A DNA stretch of 64,000 bases, taken from NCBI GenBank assembly GCA_038874595.1, contig JAVZCB010000003.1, positions 59,332 through 123,331 on the forward strand, written 5' to 3'. This document shows, piece after piece, positions 49,043 to 60,298 of the stretch. Position numbers and translations under genes: made by a program. Below the pieces are notes generated by a model. The model had not been told where the DNA came from, did no database searches, and was given only the letters and a program-made list of their open reading frames with translations. The stretch is from Candidatus Micrarchaeia archaeon. Its GTDB lineage: Archaea; Micrarchaeota; Micrarchaeia; CAILAH01. Positions within the stretch are counted from its first letter, which is position 1. Each line of letters opens with the position of its first letter.

Positions 49043-50257
49043 TTAGTAGCTAAGCGCCTGGACGGCAGGGATTTTAGATGCGTTGTATGCAGGTATCACC
49101 CCAGCAACCGCGCCTATAAGCATTGAGAATATCAGCACTACAACAACAAAAGTCGGGTCGACATAAGTGTTTATGCCAAATGAAGATACAAACGATGCAA
49201 TCCACCAGCCGAGCGCAGTGCCAATGAGCCCTCCTATGAGCCCTATTATGCTTGCTTCTATAATAAATAGCAGCAAAATCTCTCTTCTTTTTGCGCCGAG
49301 TGATTTGAGTACTCCTATTTCGCGTGTCCTGTCAAGCACGCTCATAAACATCGTGTTTGATATTCCAATCCCGCCTACAAATGCTGATACTGAGGATATC
49401 AGCAGCAGGAATAAAGTCAGGGTCCCAGTAACATTATCAATCGTTTTTCTTATGAAATCCGGTGTGATTACCGAGTAATCACGCGTATCCTTATTAACCC
49501 TGTGGTTTGCATCAATTTGTACCTCTATGCGCTCCTTAACTGCGTTTATGTCATATCCCTTCTCAACAAGTGCATAAATCATTGTAATCTCGTTCTGGAG
49601 CACAGTCGATTTGAATAGTTCTCTACCTGCGCGTACTGGCACATAGATTGCAAAATCATCCTGCGATGACATTGAAGTGCCTATCTCATCAAGTATCCCG
49701 ACAACCCTGAAATCCTGCCCACCAATTTGTATGATGCTGTTTACAGACACCTTATCCTTGCCGAACATCTCATTTGCAGCTTTATATCCCAGTACCACAA
49801 CGTTCTTTTCATAATCCTCGTAGTACCTTCCGGAGCTTATTGTTAGGTACTCTGGATACGCATCAAACGCCGCTTTGTCAATCGCATAGACTGGTGAGGT
49901 CAAGCTCTTGCCCTTAAATGATATTGTTGTTCTCCCAATTATCAGGCGCGCACCTTTACTGACCCCTGGAGTTGAGACTGCCTTCTCATAATCACGCTCG
50001 TATAATTTTCCTGCTGTGGATGTCCTGATAAGAGAAGTTAGCGATTCCCCCTCAATGTTAACCGGCACTATTATGAGCAGGTTATCCCCCATCTCAGCTA
50101 ATTGTGAATCTATATCCCTTTTCACCCCGTCCCCCACAGATACAAGCGCGATTATTGTTGCAACACCTAGAACAATCCCTATTATGGTTAGCCACGAGCG
50201 CAGCTTCTGTGTGCGCAGGTACTTTATTGAGTATATGAACATATCCGCTATTTTCAT
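49043..50257 (-). CDS. ABC transporter permease (MacB/FtsX type)
   Basis: RSWLTIIGIVLGV, GISNTMFMSVLDRTREIGVLKSLGA. Confidence 0.93.
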   Translation of the reverse strand: MKIADMFIYSIKYLRTQKLRSWLTIIGIVLGVATIIALVSVGDGVKRDIDSQLAEMGDNLLIIVPVNIEGESLTSLIRTSTAGKLYERDYEKAVSTPGVSKGARLIIGRTTISFKGKSLTSPVYAIDKAAFDAYPEYLTISSGRYYEDYEKNVVVLGYKAANEMFGKDKVSVNSIIQIGGQDFRVVGILDEIGTSMSSQDDFAIYVPVRAGRELFKSTVLQNEITMIYALVEKGYDINAVKERIEVQIDANHRVNKDTRDYSVITPDFIRKTIDNVTGTLTLFLLLISSVSAFVGGIGISNTMFMSVLDRTREIGVLKSLGAKRREILLLFIIEASIIGLIGGLIGTALGWWIASFVSSFGINTYVDPTFVVVVLIFSMLIGAVAGVIPAYNASKIPAVQALSY

Positions 50258-50258
50258 C

Positions 50259-51476
50259 TTACTCGTACCTCAACGCCTCAATTGCAGGTATTTCTGAAGC
50301 ATTCTTTGCCGGGATGATCCCTGCCACCATCCCTATTATGAACGCAAACACGGCACTCCCAATTACAAGTTCAATTGTGACGACCGTTTTTATCCCTAGA
50401 TATATAAGTGAAATTGAAAATAATGTGCCCACCAGTACCCCTATAAACCCACCAACCAGCCCGATAATGCCTGCCTCAATCATAAACGTGAGCAGTATAT
50501 CCCTCTTTGTTGCCCCAATCGCCTTAAGCACGCCAATCTCGTGCGTCCTCTCCATCACAGCCATGAACATCGTGTTTGAGACGCCGATTGAGCCGACAGC
50601 GAGCGCGATCGCAGCAACCGCGCCGAGGAATATTGTAAGTATCCCTATTATATCATCAATCTGTTTCCCAACAGCCTTGGCATCAAGAACAGTAAAATCC
50701 TTCTCATCTTTTGTGACACGGTGCGAGCTCAGTAATGCATCCTCGATGTTTTCGCGCACTTCCTGGACATCAAACCCATCTGCCACGAGTACCTGTATTA
50801 TAGATATTTCATTGGGAAGCAGCAAATCACTGAATAACTGCCTTCCCTCATCAAACTGTACAAAAACCACATTATCAAAGTTCACCATTGTGCCTGCTGA
50901 CTTGTCCATTATTCCTATTACCTGGTACTTACGCCCTGCAATCTCAATTATGGAGCCAACCTCAATCTTCTTGTCAAACGTATCGTGCGCAATGTTATGG
51001 CCGAGCACCGCAACTCCCCTATCAGAGGATTGCAGGAACCTGCCCTCCTTGATGCTTATTGTTGATACCTCTGTTACTACATCTGGCTGTACACCAGATA
51101 CCGTAGTTGTAATTATCTTATCACGGTATTTCACAGGCGCCCTGTTTGTGATGCCTTTGGCAATTTTGCTAACACCGGGGATGCCTTTTATCCTTTGGTA
51201 ATCCTTATCATAAAGCTTGCCCATTGTGGGTATGAGAGACCCTATCCCGCCACTACCAGTAGGCATACCACCAAAGCTGCTTGGGAATATTACAATCACG
51301 CGCGTGTCAAAGCTTGAGAGCTGTTTCTCAACATTAGCTTTAAGCCCAGCAGCAAGGCTAATAAGTATTATAATAGTGGCTATGCCCACCACTATCCCTA
51401 GCACGGTAAGCCATGTCCTGAGCTGCCTGTATCTCAGGTTATGCAGTGCATAATCGAATCTTTCCATTAAGTTCAT
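50259..51476 (-). CDS. ABC transporter permease (MacB/FtsX type)
   Basis: RTWLTVLGIVVGI, NTMFMAVMERTHEIGVLKAIGA, PAIEALRYE. Confidence 0.93.
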   Translation of the reverse strand: MNLMERFDYALHNLRYRQLRTWLTVLGIVVGIATIIILISLAAGLKANVEKQLSSFDTRVIVIFPSSFGGMPTGSGGIGSLIPTMGKLYDKDYQRIKGIPGVSKIAKGITNRAPVKYRDKIITTTVSGVQPDVVTEVSTISIKEGRFLQSSDRGVAVLGHNIAHDTFDKKIEVGSIIEIAGRKYQVIGIMDKSAGTMVNFDNVVFVQFDEGRQLFSDLLLPNEISIIQVLVADGFDVQEVRENIEDALLSSHRVTKDEKDFTVLDAKAVGKQIDDIIGILTIFLGAVAAIALAVGSIGVSNTMFMAVMERTHEIGVLKAIGATKRDILLTFMIEAGIIGLVGGFIGVLVGTLFSISLIYLGIKTVVTIELVIGSAVFAFIIGMVAGIIPAKNASEIPAIEALRYE

Positions 51477-51539
51477 TTCATATTACCTTTTGGCCCATTG
51501 ATTGGCAGGTGCCTGTGCACACCTGCCATACAGGCGGGT

Positions 51540-53018
51540 TTATTTTTTATTGCCTTTTGGCCTTAACAGCAGCCAGTATGCGGCAATACCGGCAATCACT
51601 ACAGCTATCAGCACTGTAATATCAACCCCTTCTTTACCGTTCACAGTAGCAGGTTTTACCTCCGCATTGATAGTTACTACTTTCTTTTTGTATTCCCCGC
51701 TTGCATCACTATAACTCACAGTTATTTTCAGTGGGTAAGTGCCTGCCGTGGCGGGTGTTTTTACTTTATACTGTACGCTGCTGAAGTCATCCTTGCTAAG
51801 GCCTCCAATATACTGCTCTGGCTGTATGCTCTGCAGGATAAACCCATCCCCCTCAAGCTCAACGGTGGTTGCCTTGATTGGGTACGAGCCCAGGTTTGAC
51901 ACCGTCACGGATATTGTGTGTTCCGAGTCTGCGTATAGAGGTGTTGGCTTTGCTTCAAGGTATACACCAACATCCGCATCGGAGCTTACCTTAAGCGGGA
52001 CGTTCTTTGTGCCTTCCCTACTCTGGCCGTTCTCAATCCATTTTAAGTCAAACTTGACCGAAGTGGTCCCGGGCTCAACGTTTGCAAGCAGTGGCAGGCG
52101 TATTGTTTTTGATTCGCCGCGCCCGAGCGTACCAATTTGTATTTCACTTATACCTATAAGTTGCACACCGCCGCTTAGTACTGACAGCCTGACATCCTGC
52201 GCCTCGTCACCCTCATTCTTTACGCTTATTTCAACTATACTCTCTTTTCCTGTTACCAATGTGCCAGTTTGTGTAAACACAAAATCCCCACTTTCTTTCT
52301 TTATGGTTATTGGCAATTCCCTCATAACCGTGTATGTGTTTCCAAGCTCATCCTCATATGTCACTTTGAGTAGCAGCTTTTGTGACCCTTCATTGGCATT
52401 CCTGGCATCTAAAGATATTGGTATGCTTGCTTCCTTATCAATTCTCGCAGCATACACAACGTCCTGGTTGAAAAAGCCTATATCATTATTCGCAATGCTT
52501 ACATATACATTCTTAGCTGTACCGCCATCATTCTTTATATTAATTGCAGTACTGCTTACTTCATTCAATTGACTGCTTGCAAGCGAGAACTGAAGCACAG
52601 GCTGCTTTACAACTTTTATTGTTGTGACAATGCGCTTATACTCGGTCTGTGTGCCGCTCCCGGAAGGCGCCTTTGACAGCCCATATATGTAAAGGTCAAT
52701 GGGATATATCCCAGTTGGCGTGTCCTGTGATACGCTGAATGGTACTGTGAGCGTTACGGAGTTGGCAGGGCCTAGGTCCCCCACAACAACCTGGTTTGTC
52801 ATGCTTATGTAGCTGCCGCTTTTGATTTCTATTGTTATCCCCTGCACGCTGTTTAGCGCATCGCCGTTTGTCACGACAAGCGTAACAGTCCCCATCTGCC
52901 CAGGCGAAGCCTGCTGTGGGGATATGGTGATACTGCTCACAGAAAATGAAGCAAACACTCCTGAAAGGAGGACCAAAAACACCATTATCCATAACATATG
53001 CCTGTTCACAACATACAC
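51540..53018 (-). CDS. COG1361-type S-layer-domain protein associated with the ABC exporter
   Basis: Signal peptide, repeated Ig-like domains (IKNDGG, VGDLGP, YPLKITVSY), C-terminal TM. Confidence 0.8.
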   Translation of the reverse strand: MYVVNRHMLWIMVFLVLLSGVFASFSVSSITISPQQASPGQMGTVTLVVTNGDALNSVQGITIEIKSGSYISMTNQVVVGDLGPANSVTLTVPFSVSQDTPTGIYPIDLYIYGLSKAPSGSGTQTEYKRIVTTIKVVKQPVLQFSLASSQLNEVSSTAINIKNDGGTAKNVYVSIANNDIGFFNQDVVYAARIDKEASIPISLDARNANEGSQKLLLKVTYEDELGNTYTVMRELPITIKKESGDFVFTQTGTLVTGKESIVEISVKNEGDEAQDVRLSVLSGGVQLIGISEIQIGTLGRGESKTIRLPLLANVEPGTTSVKFDLKWIENGQSREGTKNVPLKVSSDADVGVYLEAKPTPLYADSEHTISVTVSNLGSYPIKATTVELEGDGFILQSIQPEQYIGGLSKDDFSSVQYKVKTPATAGTYPLKITVSYSDASGEYKKKVVTINAEVKPATVNGKEGVDITVLIAVVIAGIAAYWLLLRPKGNKK

Positions 53019-53037
53019 CTCTTATCTCTATAAAGCA

Positions 53038-53790
53038 TTACCTAAATGTGCACTTCTCATTCCTGCCATGCACGCCCATATCACTTATGATTTGCCCATC
53101 TTTTATCTTGATTACCCTGTCTGCGCAGTGTGCAATCTCCTCATCGTGTGTAACGATAAGTAGCGTTTTCCCTTTTTTATGCAGGGCATCAAATATATCA
53201 ACAACTTCCTGGCCGGTTTTTGAGTCAAGGTTTCCGGTCGGCTCATCTGCAAGTATGATTGGCGGGTCGTTTGCAAGTGCGCGTGCGATTGCCACACGCT
53301 GCCTCTGCCCACCGCTTAATTCATTCGGCTTGTGTCCAGCCCTCTCTTCCATACCAAGCTGCTCAAGAAGCCTCATAGCCCTCTCCTCGCGCTCTGCAGC
53401 AGGCACATCGTAAATCATCATTGGAAGCATAACGTTCTCAAGTGCAGTCAAGCTGTTAACCAAATTGAAAGTCTGGAACACAAACCCTATCTTCTTACCG
53501 CGGATATATGCCCTCTCATCCTCGCTTAGCTCCTCAACGCAGTGCCCGTCCAGGCATATCCTCCCGCTTGTTGGCACGTCAAGTAGGCCTATCATATGCA
53601 GTAGTGTACTCTTCCCACTACCGCTCGGGCCAAGTATGCTGATATGCTCTCCCTTATGCACACGCATACTTATGCAGCTGAGCGCCTTTACTGTATTGCC
53701 ACCGCCCATATCATAAATCTTTGATACGTCTGATAGCTCTAGCAGTATGCTTTCGTGGCTTTTTGATTTGGGTCTGGAAACGCCCATCAC
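53038..53790 (-). CDS. ABC transporter ATP-binding protein (LolD/MacB type)
   Basis: GPSGSGKST, LSGGQRQRV, ADEPTGNLD, VTHD. Confidence 0.95.
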   Translation of the reverse strand: MMGVSRPKSKSHESILLELSDVSKIYDMGGGNTVKALSCISMRVHKGEHISILGPSGSGKSTLLHMIGLLDVPTSGRICLDGHCVEELSEDERAYIRGKKIGFVFQTFNLVNSLTALENVMLPMMIYDVPAAEREERAMRLLEQLGMEERAGHKPNELSGGQRQRVAIARALANDPPIILADEPTGNLDSKTGQEVVDIFDALHKKGKTLLIVTHDEEIAHCADRVIKIKDGQIISDMGVHGRNEKCTFR

Positions 53791-53791
53791 T

Positions 53792-54322
53792 TCATTTCAC
53801 CTCGTTACCTATCTTTCGGCATTTCTCTATGTGCTCCTTAAGCTGCTTTACGAACTCAAGGTCGGATTTGAGCTTAGTTAAAGACTCAATCCGCTTTTGC
53901 GCAAGCTCACTCTCATCGCATTTGCCGCGCTTTGCAATATTGCTATATTTCTCAATAATGCCGGGGATGGCTTCCCTCACGGGCTCAATCTTAATCTCAT
54001 ACATTTTCATAAACATATTATACATCGCTTCCTGCCAGCTCTTATGCATCCGTACGTAAACCTTCTTTGTACCTGACTTCGGCACTCTCAGGATAAGGTT
54101 TATCATTTCCATATTTTTTACGTTCGTGCTTATTGTAGAAAGGCTATACCCAGTCTTCTTTGATATCTCCTCAAGGCTCATCTCACACCCTTCCAGTGTC
54201 AGTGCACTTATTATTTTGGGGACAACAGGCGGTAACCCGTAGACACTATTTATATTTACGAGAAGTGCCTCAAACTCCTTATCTATATCCTGGATGCAGC
54301 CGCGTTTCATGCATACCCCCAC
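53792..54322 (-). CDS. GbsR/MarR-family transcriptional regulator
   Basis: YGLPP, MSLEEISKKTGYSLSTISTNVKNME. Confidence 0.85.
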   Translation of the reverse strand: MGVCMKRGCIQDIDKEFEALLVNINSVYGLPPVVPKIISALTLEGCEMSLEEISKKTGYSLSTISTNVKNMEMINLILRVPKSGTKKVYVRMHKSWQEAMYNMFMKMYEIKIEPVREAIPGIIEKYSNIAKRGKCDESELAQKRIESLTKLKSDLEFVKQLKEHIEKCRKIGNEVK

Positions 54323-54484
54323 ATTTTTTTAAAACAGCATATTTTATATATTTTGTAAATACCGAAAATTAAAAAAACTGCCCTCACAACCGCAACTTAT
54401 TTATTACTTATGCGCTTGAATACACACACGAATTATATTGCATAATTCTGAGGGTAATGCTAAAATAGAAATAGAGGTGAGATT

Positions 54485-56143
54485 ATGGCAACAGCTAATA
54501 TGAATGGACAACCAGTACTAATCCTGCCGGAGGGTTCCAGCAGGATGATTGGCCGTGATGCACAGCGCACGAACATTGCAGTTGCTTATGCAGTGGCAAG
54601 TGCGGTGCGCACGACACTTGGCCCTAAGGGCATGGATAAGATGCTGGTGAGTGACCTCGGTGATATTGTAATAACAAACGACGGTGCTACAATACTTGAG
54701 GAGATGCACCTCGAGCACCCCGCAGGAAAGCTGGTCGTTGAGGTTGCAAAAGCGCAGGATAAGGAGGTTGGTGATGGGACTACCACCGCAGCGGCGATTG
54801 CAGGCGAGCTGCTGAAGAACGCCGGTGACCTTCTTGACCAGAACATCCACGCAAGCACGATCGTTAAGGGGTACAGGGCAGCATCCGAGAAGGCGTGCGA
54901 ATACCTGAAATCAATCGGTGAGAAGGTTGACCCAAAGGATAAGGCCACGCTTGTTAAGATTGCAGAGGTTTCCCTTGGCTCTAAGAGTGCCGGTGTTGGG
55001 ACTTCCAAGACGCACCTGGCAAACCTTGTTGTCGATGCAATCCAGCTCGTTGCAGAGGATAAGGGCACTTTGCTTGATATTGACATTGAGCAGGTAAAGA
55101 TAGAGAAGAAGGAGGGTGGGAGCACTGATGACACCACACTCATACGCGGTGTCCTCGTTGACAAGGAGATTGTGCATTCAGGGATGCCTAAGGTTATCAA
55201 GGGTGCAAAGATTGCACTTGTTGATGCTGCGTTTGAGATTGAGAAGCCCGAGACGGATACAAAGATAGAAATCACTGCACCTGAGCAATTGACAGCATTC
55301 CTCAGGCAGGAAGAGGAGATGCTCAAATCGATGGTTGACAAGATTGCAGCAACCGGCGCGAATGTCCTGTTCTGCCAGAAAGGAATTGATGATATTGCAC
55401 AGCATTTCCTTGCAAAGAAAGGGATTGCAGCGGTGCGCAGGGTGAAGAAGAGCGATATGGAAAAGCTGGCGCGTGCAACGGGTGCTAAGATTATAACATC
55501 GCTTGATGACGCATCAAAGGATGACATAGGGTTTGCAGGCCTGGTTGAGGAGAAGAAGATTGGCGGCGAGGCGATGGTGTTTGTACAGGAGTGCAAGAAC
55601 CCGAAGAGTGTCACGCTGTTCATACGCGGTGGCAGTGAGCACGTGGTTAATGAGGTTGAGCGCGCAATAAAGGATGCGCTCGGTGCCGTCTCAAGTGCGA
55701 TCGAGGATGGCATGTATGTTACCGGTGGCGGGAGCACCGAAATTGCCCTTGCGGAGAAGCTTCGCGTGTTCGCGCGCGAGATTGGCGGCCGTGAGCAGCT
55801 GGCCGTTGAGGCGTTCGCCCGCTCGCTTGAAGTTATCCCGAAGACGCTTGCAGAAAGTGCAGGGATGGATGCGATTGATACGCTCGTATCACTCCGTGCA
55901 AAGCACAATGAGGGTCAGAAATCGGCAGGTGTTGATGTCCACGCAGGCAAAATCAATGATATGCTGAAGCTAGGTGTTATAGAGCCCGTGAAGGTGAAAA
56001 GGCAGGCGATTGTGAGCGCATCAGAAGCGGCAGAGATGATTCTCCGCATAGATGATGTGATTGCAAGCAAGGGCAAGCCGCCCGCACCAGCCGGCGGTGC
56101 CGGGGGCGCAGGTGGTATGGGCGGTATGGGTGGTATGGAGTAA
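54485..56143 (+). CDS. ths: Thermosome (group II chaperonin) subunit
   Basis: [35 protein letters not shown] tail. Confidence 0.97.
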   Translation: MATANMNGQPVLILPEGSSRMIGRDAQRTNIAVAYAVASAVRTTLGPKGMDKMLVSDLGDIVITNDGATILEEMHLEHPAGKLVVEVAKAQDKEVGDGTTTAAAIAGELLKNAGDLLDQNIHASTIVKGYRAASEKACEYLKSIGEKVDPKDKATLVKIAEVSLGSKSAGVGTSKTHLANLVVDAIQLVAEDKGTLLDIDIEQVKIEKKEGGSTDDTTLIRGVLVDKEIVHSGMPKVIKGAKIALVDAAFEIEKPETDTKIEITAPEQLTAFLRQEEEMLKSMVDKIAATGANVLFCQKGIDDIAQHFLAKKGIAAVRRVKKSDMEKLARATGAKIITSLDDASKDDIGFAGLVEEKKIGGEAMVFVQECKNPKSVTLFIRGGSEHVVNEVERAIKDALGAVSSAIEDGMYVTGGGSTEIALAEKLRVFAREIGGREQLAVEAFARSLEVIPKTLAESAGMDAIDTLVSLRAKHNEGQKSAGVDVHAGKINDMLKLGVIEPVKVKRQAIVSASEAAEMILRIDDVIASKGKPPAPAGGAGGAGGMGGMGGME

Positions 56144-56158
56144 GCCCGGCCAAACTTC

Positions 56159-57223
56159 TTATTTTTTATTTCCTGTTTTTTGGATATCCTGTTTTTCTTT
56201 CAGTTTCCTAAATTCTTTATCAAAATCTATGCCGACACCGAGCGCTTCAAGCTCTTTAGAGATGCGTTTCTTCCTGTCCCACCAGTTATAGAAAATTAAT
56301 ATCGTAATTATAAGCATGAGTGCAACAACCATCATCGGGCTGAATATGTAATATTGCAGCACGAGCGAGTTTACACCAATTATATCTACGATTGCGAGCA
56401 CGTTGAATGCGGTGTGTGTGAGTGCAGCTACAAAGAAAGGTACCATAATACGCACAACCCAGTGTACCCTGCCAACCTCTCTGATTTTTCCAAGCACCGC
56501 GCCGCCGATTGCTGTGAACGCACCGTGTGCAAGCGTGTTATACAATGCCCTAAACACCAACAGCTCGATTGAGTTTTCAGGTATTTTTGTGGCGGCATAG
56601 AATATGTTTTCCATCATTGCAAACCCCGTGCCTACCGAGAACCCTATGAGTATACCGTCCAGCGGCCCCTTGAAGTTTTTATGGCCTGCGATGAGGACCA
56701 CACCAACCATCTTAAGTGCTTCCTCAACGATAGGTGCTGTCGCTATTAAGAGGAGTAATCCCATCCTTTCCCCAAATTCAATGTTAAGCCATATATTAGC
56801 CATTGAGTTTATGAAGAACGCAAAGAGTGCGCACACGGCACCGTAGCTCATTGCCCCAAATACGAACCTTAGCGGCTCGTGGTACTTTCCTTCACTGAAC
56901 CATATCACTAACGGGTCAAACAGCGCAAAGAAAATCACAACAGCAAACGAGAACACGAGCCATTCGTACCCAATACCTGTCTGGTTGACACTGAACAGTA
57001 GCGAGATTGTGAAAAACGCGATAATTGCCACTGATACAATCCAGAATAATGGGTGTACAATAATGGATGCAATCTCACTGCGCGCATCAAGCCCCCTCAG
57101 CTCAGGCAGCAGGATATCCACAACCTCAAGCCATCCTTTCCTGTGGAGCGCGGTGTACACTATACCTAGAAGCATAACTGCCATTACGACGACGAGCAGC
57201 ACTGTAATTTCAGTATACACCAT
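56159..57223 (-). CDS. PrsW-family intramembrane metalloprotease
   Basis: APIVEEALK, GFAMMENIFY, AHGAFT, HTAFN. Confidence 0.9.
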   Translation of the reverse strand: MVYTEITVLLVVVMAVMLLGIVYTALHRKGWLEVVDILLPELRGLDARSEIASIIVHPLFWIVSVAIIAFFTISLLFSVNQTGIGYEWLVFSFAVVIFFALFDPLVIWFSEGKYHEPLRFVFGAMSYGAVCALFAFFINSMANIWLNIEFGERMGLLLLIATAPIVEEALKMVGVVLIAGHKNFKGPLDGILIGFSVGTGFAMMENIFYAATKIPENSIELLVFRALYNTLAHGAFTAIGGAVLGKIREVGRVHWVVRIMVPFFVAALTHTAFNVLAIVDIIGVNSLVLQYYIFSPMMVVALMLIITILIFYNWWDRKKRISKELEALGVGIDFDKEFRKLKEKQDIQKTGNKK

Positions 57224-57275
57224 TGTTTATGATTAAACCGCCATCTTAATATACTTTATACACTAAAACACAACC

Positions 57276-58724
57276 ATGCCCGAGCAGGAAACACAATTCA
57301 TCAAGAAATCAGATTATGTATGGGAGATGCGACCCTATGGTGGCATGCGTGTCCCCGCAGTGGTGTTCGCATCCGAGAGGATGCTTGACAAGATGAAGGC
57401 CGACCGTACGCTGAAACAGCTTTGTAACGTTGCATCATTACCAGGGATTGTGCGTGCCGCTTATGTAATGCCGGATGGCCACGAAGGGTACGGGTTCCCA
57501 ATAGGCGGTGTTGCAGCGTTCCGTGACGAGGAAGGCATAATCTCACCAGGCGGTATCGGGTATGATATCAACTGTGGTGTTAGGCTAATCAAGACCAACC
57601 TGATGTATAAGGATGTTGCACAGCATCTCAAGCCGCTTATCAATGCGATTTATGATAACTGCCCGTCAGGTGTAGGCTCAAAGGGCAAAGTTCGCCTTGG
57701 CCCGGCAACACTAAAGAGTGTGTTAACTGAGGGTGTTGAGTGGGCTATACGTGAAGGGTATGGCTGGGAGCGTGACCTCCAGTACATAGAAGAGGGTGGG
57801 CGCATGGCCGATGCCGACCCATCCAAAGTAAGTGATATGGCGATATCACGCGGCAAGCCGCAGCTTGGCACGATAGGGTCAGGCAATCATTTCATTGAAT
57901 TGCAGGAAGTTGGCCAGGTGCTTGACGAGGATGTTGCAAAGAGGTTTGGCCTGTTTCAGGGGCAGTTCGTGATAATGGTGCACACAGGCTCGCGCGGGCT
58001 CGGGCACCAGGTTGCATCTGATTACATACGCATCTTCAATTCTTATGTGAGCAGGAATAACATACAAGTAGCGGACCGTGAGCTCGTGTATGCACACGTT
58101 AACTCAAAAGAAGGCCAGGATTACATTAAGGCGATGAACTGTGCAGTCAATTTTGCATTCGTGAACAGGCAACTGTTAACGCATTGGGTGCGCGAGGCAG
58201 TTGGTATTATACTGAAACAGGACCCTGAGGAGTTAGGGATGGAAGTGCTTTATGATGTGTGCCATAATATAGGCAAGCGCGAGGAGCATCTCCTTGAAGA
58301 TGGCAGGAGAGGGTATGTGTGGGTGCACAGGAAAGGTGCAACACGCGCCATGCCGGCAGGACGGCCAGAAGTGCCTGCCGCATACCGTGACGTAGGCCAG
58401 CCCGTAATAATCCCTGGCAGTATGGGCACTGCATCATATGTTCTTGTAGGCACACAAGATTCAGCTGAATCTTTCCATTCGGTGTGCCACGGTGCCGGCA
58501 GGGTGATGAGCAGGCATGAGGCGATACGCGAGTACCCTGTCTCAAAAGTGAAAGAGCAGCTTGGCGCGAAGGGCATTTACATACGCTCTGCCGAGACGGA
58601 GGTTATATCAGAGGAGGCGCCCGGTGCTTACAAGGATATTGATGATGTTATAGATTCAGTTGTGGGCGCTAAGCTTGCAAAAGCGGTTACGCGTATGGTA
58701 CCGCACGGTGTGGTGAAAGGGTAA
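57276..58724 (+). CDS. rtcB: RNA-splicing ligase RtcB
   Basis: MPDGHEGYGFPIGG, GYDINCG, GSGNHF, HTGSRG, HRKGATR, PGSMG, HGAGR, EEAPGAYK. Confidence 0.97.
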   Translation: MPEQETQFIKKSDYVWEMRPYGGMRVPAVVFASERMLDKMKADRTLKQLCNVASLPGIVRAAYVMPDGHEGYGFPIGGVAAFRDEEGIISPGGIGYDINCGVRLIKTNLMYKDVAQHLKPLINAIYDNCPSGVGSKGKVRLGPATLKSVLTEGVEWAIREGYGWERDLQYIEEGGRMADADPSKVSDMAISRGKPQLGTIGSGNHFIELQEVGQVLDEDVAKRFGLFQGQFVIMVHTGSRGLGHQVASDYIRIFNSYVSRNNIQVADRELVYAHVNSKEGQDYIKAMNCAVNFAFVNRQLLTHWVREAVGIILKQDPEELGMEVLYDVCHNIGKREEHLLEDGRRGYVWVHRKGATRAMPAGRPEVPAAYRDVGQPVIIPGSMGTASYVLVGTQDSAESFHSVCHGAGRVMSRHEAIREYPVSKVKEQLGAKGIYIRSAETEVISEEAPGAYKDIDDVIDSVVGAKLAKAVTRMVPHGVVKG

Positions 58725-58728
58725 TCAG

Positions 58729-59316
58729 ATGAAAAATGAAAAAAGGCATCCGATAAAGCCTTATCTTACAGATGACCTTACGAAGCTGCAACGCGGTGCT
58801 GCGGTTGTTCTTCCAAAGGATTTTGGCATAATTGTCGCATATACCGGATTAACACGTGATTCTGTTGTTGCTGAGGCTGGTACGGGCACGGGCTTTATGG
58901 CGGTGCAGCTCGCGCGCATCGCAAAGAAGGTATACTCATACGAAAACCGCGAGGAGCATTATGAAACTGCAAAATTAAATCTTGATAGGCTGCACACTGA
59001 TAATGTTGAGCTCAGGCTCGGCTCAATCGAAAATCTCGACGTTGACAATCTTGATATGATATTCCTTGATTTTAAGGGCTCAGATGCGCTCGTTGGGAAG
59101 ATGCGCACGCACCTAAAAGACGGTGGCTTCATAGTAGGCTACTGCCCTAACATCGAGCAGGCGAAGAGCTTCCACTTAAACGCAGAAAATTCCGGATACA
59201 AAAAAGTATTCACACTTACCACCTCAGTAACTGATTATGAGATTAGGGAGTTTGGGTGCAGGCCCGCGCATTTTGGCCTTTTGCATACTGCCTATTTGGT
59301 TTTTGCAAAAAAGTAA
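58729..59316 (+). CDS. trmI: tRNA (adenine-57/58-N1)-methyltransferase
   Basis: RGAAVVLPKD, EAGTGTG, IFLD, YCPNIEQ, HTAYLVFA. Confidence 0.85.
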   Translation: MKNEKRHPIKPYLTDDLTKLQRGAAVVLPKDFGIIVAYTGLTRDSVVAEAGTGTGFMAVQLARIAKKVYSYENREEHYETAKLNLDRLHTDNVELRLGSIENLDVDNLDMIFLDFKGSDALVGKMRTHLKDGGFIVGYCPNIEQAKSFHLNAENSGYKKVFTLTTSVTDYEIREFGCRPAHFGLLHTAYLVFAKK

Positions 59317-59326
59317 ACGGTATTAT

Positions 59327-60184
59327 TTATTTTGACCATTTGCATTTCCCTTCAATGCACCTGCAAACCACACCGTATGTTGTAGGCCTGTAGCAGTCTT
59401 TCCATTCACAGCTTGATACTAGTATCCCTTCAGATTTGGATTGGCAGATTTGCGAGTTGCACCCGCCGTGTATGCAATCCTTATCACTCTCGCACGGCCC
59501 ATCAGTTGACCAGCCGCAGAAGCCTTCACCGGGCTTGCTATCCTTTTCCACACACTTGACTATTGCAGGGAACGATGTGGATACTGTGCAGTCCTTCTCA
59601 GGTGGGCATAACTCGCACGGGTCGCCAAAATAACACCTGGGCTTTGCATACCCGGGCAGCCTGTAACAGTCGGCACCCTTTTGGCAATCTGAGACTGAAG
59701 TGCACTCAGGCCCAACGTTTTGTTCTGGGGTAGTCGCCTGCTCTTTCTTTATTATCTTACACTGGTGGTTTACACACCTGGTTTCAAACATCCCGCCTAT
59801 GCCTGTACAATAATCGGGGCATTGTTTTTCAACATTGACAAATTCTTTTGACCCTACAAAGCACTCCCCGCTCTTTATGTGCGTGCCGCACGCACAATCA
59901 CTATCGGTTGTGCAGTAGTTTGGCTTTTCAGGTGAGCATTCGCCCCTGTAATATGCCCACTCCTCGCATTTTGCACCATTAGCAAATTCGCAGACCCCAT
60001 ACTCGCCATTTGTTTCCTTTACAATGTTCAATCTCCCTCCCATTTTTGCACAATGCTCGGAAGCGGGGTTAGCAATCCCTACCCCATCGCCATTATAGGC
60101 TCCATCTTTCTGAAAATCCGGGAGTGTACACCCAGCCATGATTATAAAGCATACTGCCAATGCGATAACCAAAACGCTTCTCAT
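59327..60184 (-). CDS. Cys-rich lipoprotein with DUF333 and eight-cysteine-cluster domains
   Basis: Lipobox MAGC; IANPASEHC..GG..CEEW; FCGWST..C..D.DC..GGCNSQIC. Confidence 0.8.
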   Translation of the reverse strand: MRSVLVIALAVCFIIMAGCTLPDFQKDGAYNGDGVGIANPASEHCAKMGGRLNIVKETNGEYGVCEFANGAKCEEWAYYRGECSPEKPNYCTTDSDCACGTHIKSGECFVGSKEFVNVEKQCPDYCTGIGGMFETRCVNHQCKIIKKEQATTPEQNVGPECTSVSDCQKGADCYRLPGYAKPRCYFGDPCELCPPEKDCTVSTSFPAIVKCVEKDSKPGEGFCGWSTDGPCESDKDCIHGGCNSQICQSKSEGILVSSCEWKDCYRPTTYGVVCRCIEGKCKWSK

Positions 60185-60298
60185 AATTCCAGATTACCAA
60201 TCAAGGCTTTTAAATAATATGCAATTGTTAGGGGGCTTATAACTATCACCCAGCACGAGCACTTTGGCCCCTGCCAAAATATCAACACCCATATTGAT

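Noticed and set aside
56085-56143. GC-rich short repeats at the thermosome 3' end
   Set aside because: Ordinary Gly-Gly-Met chaperonin tail.
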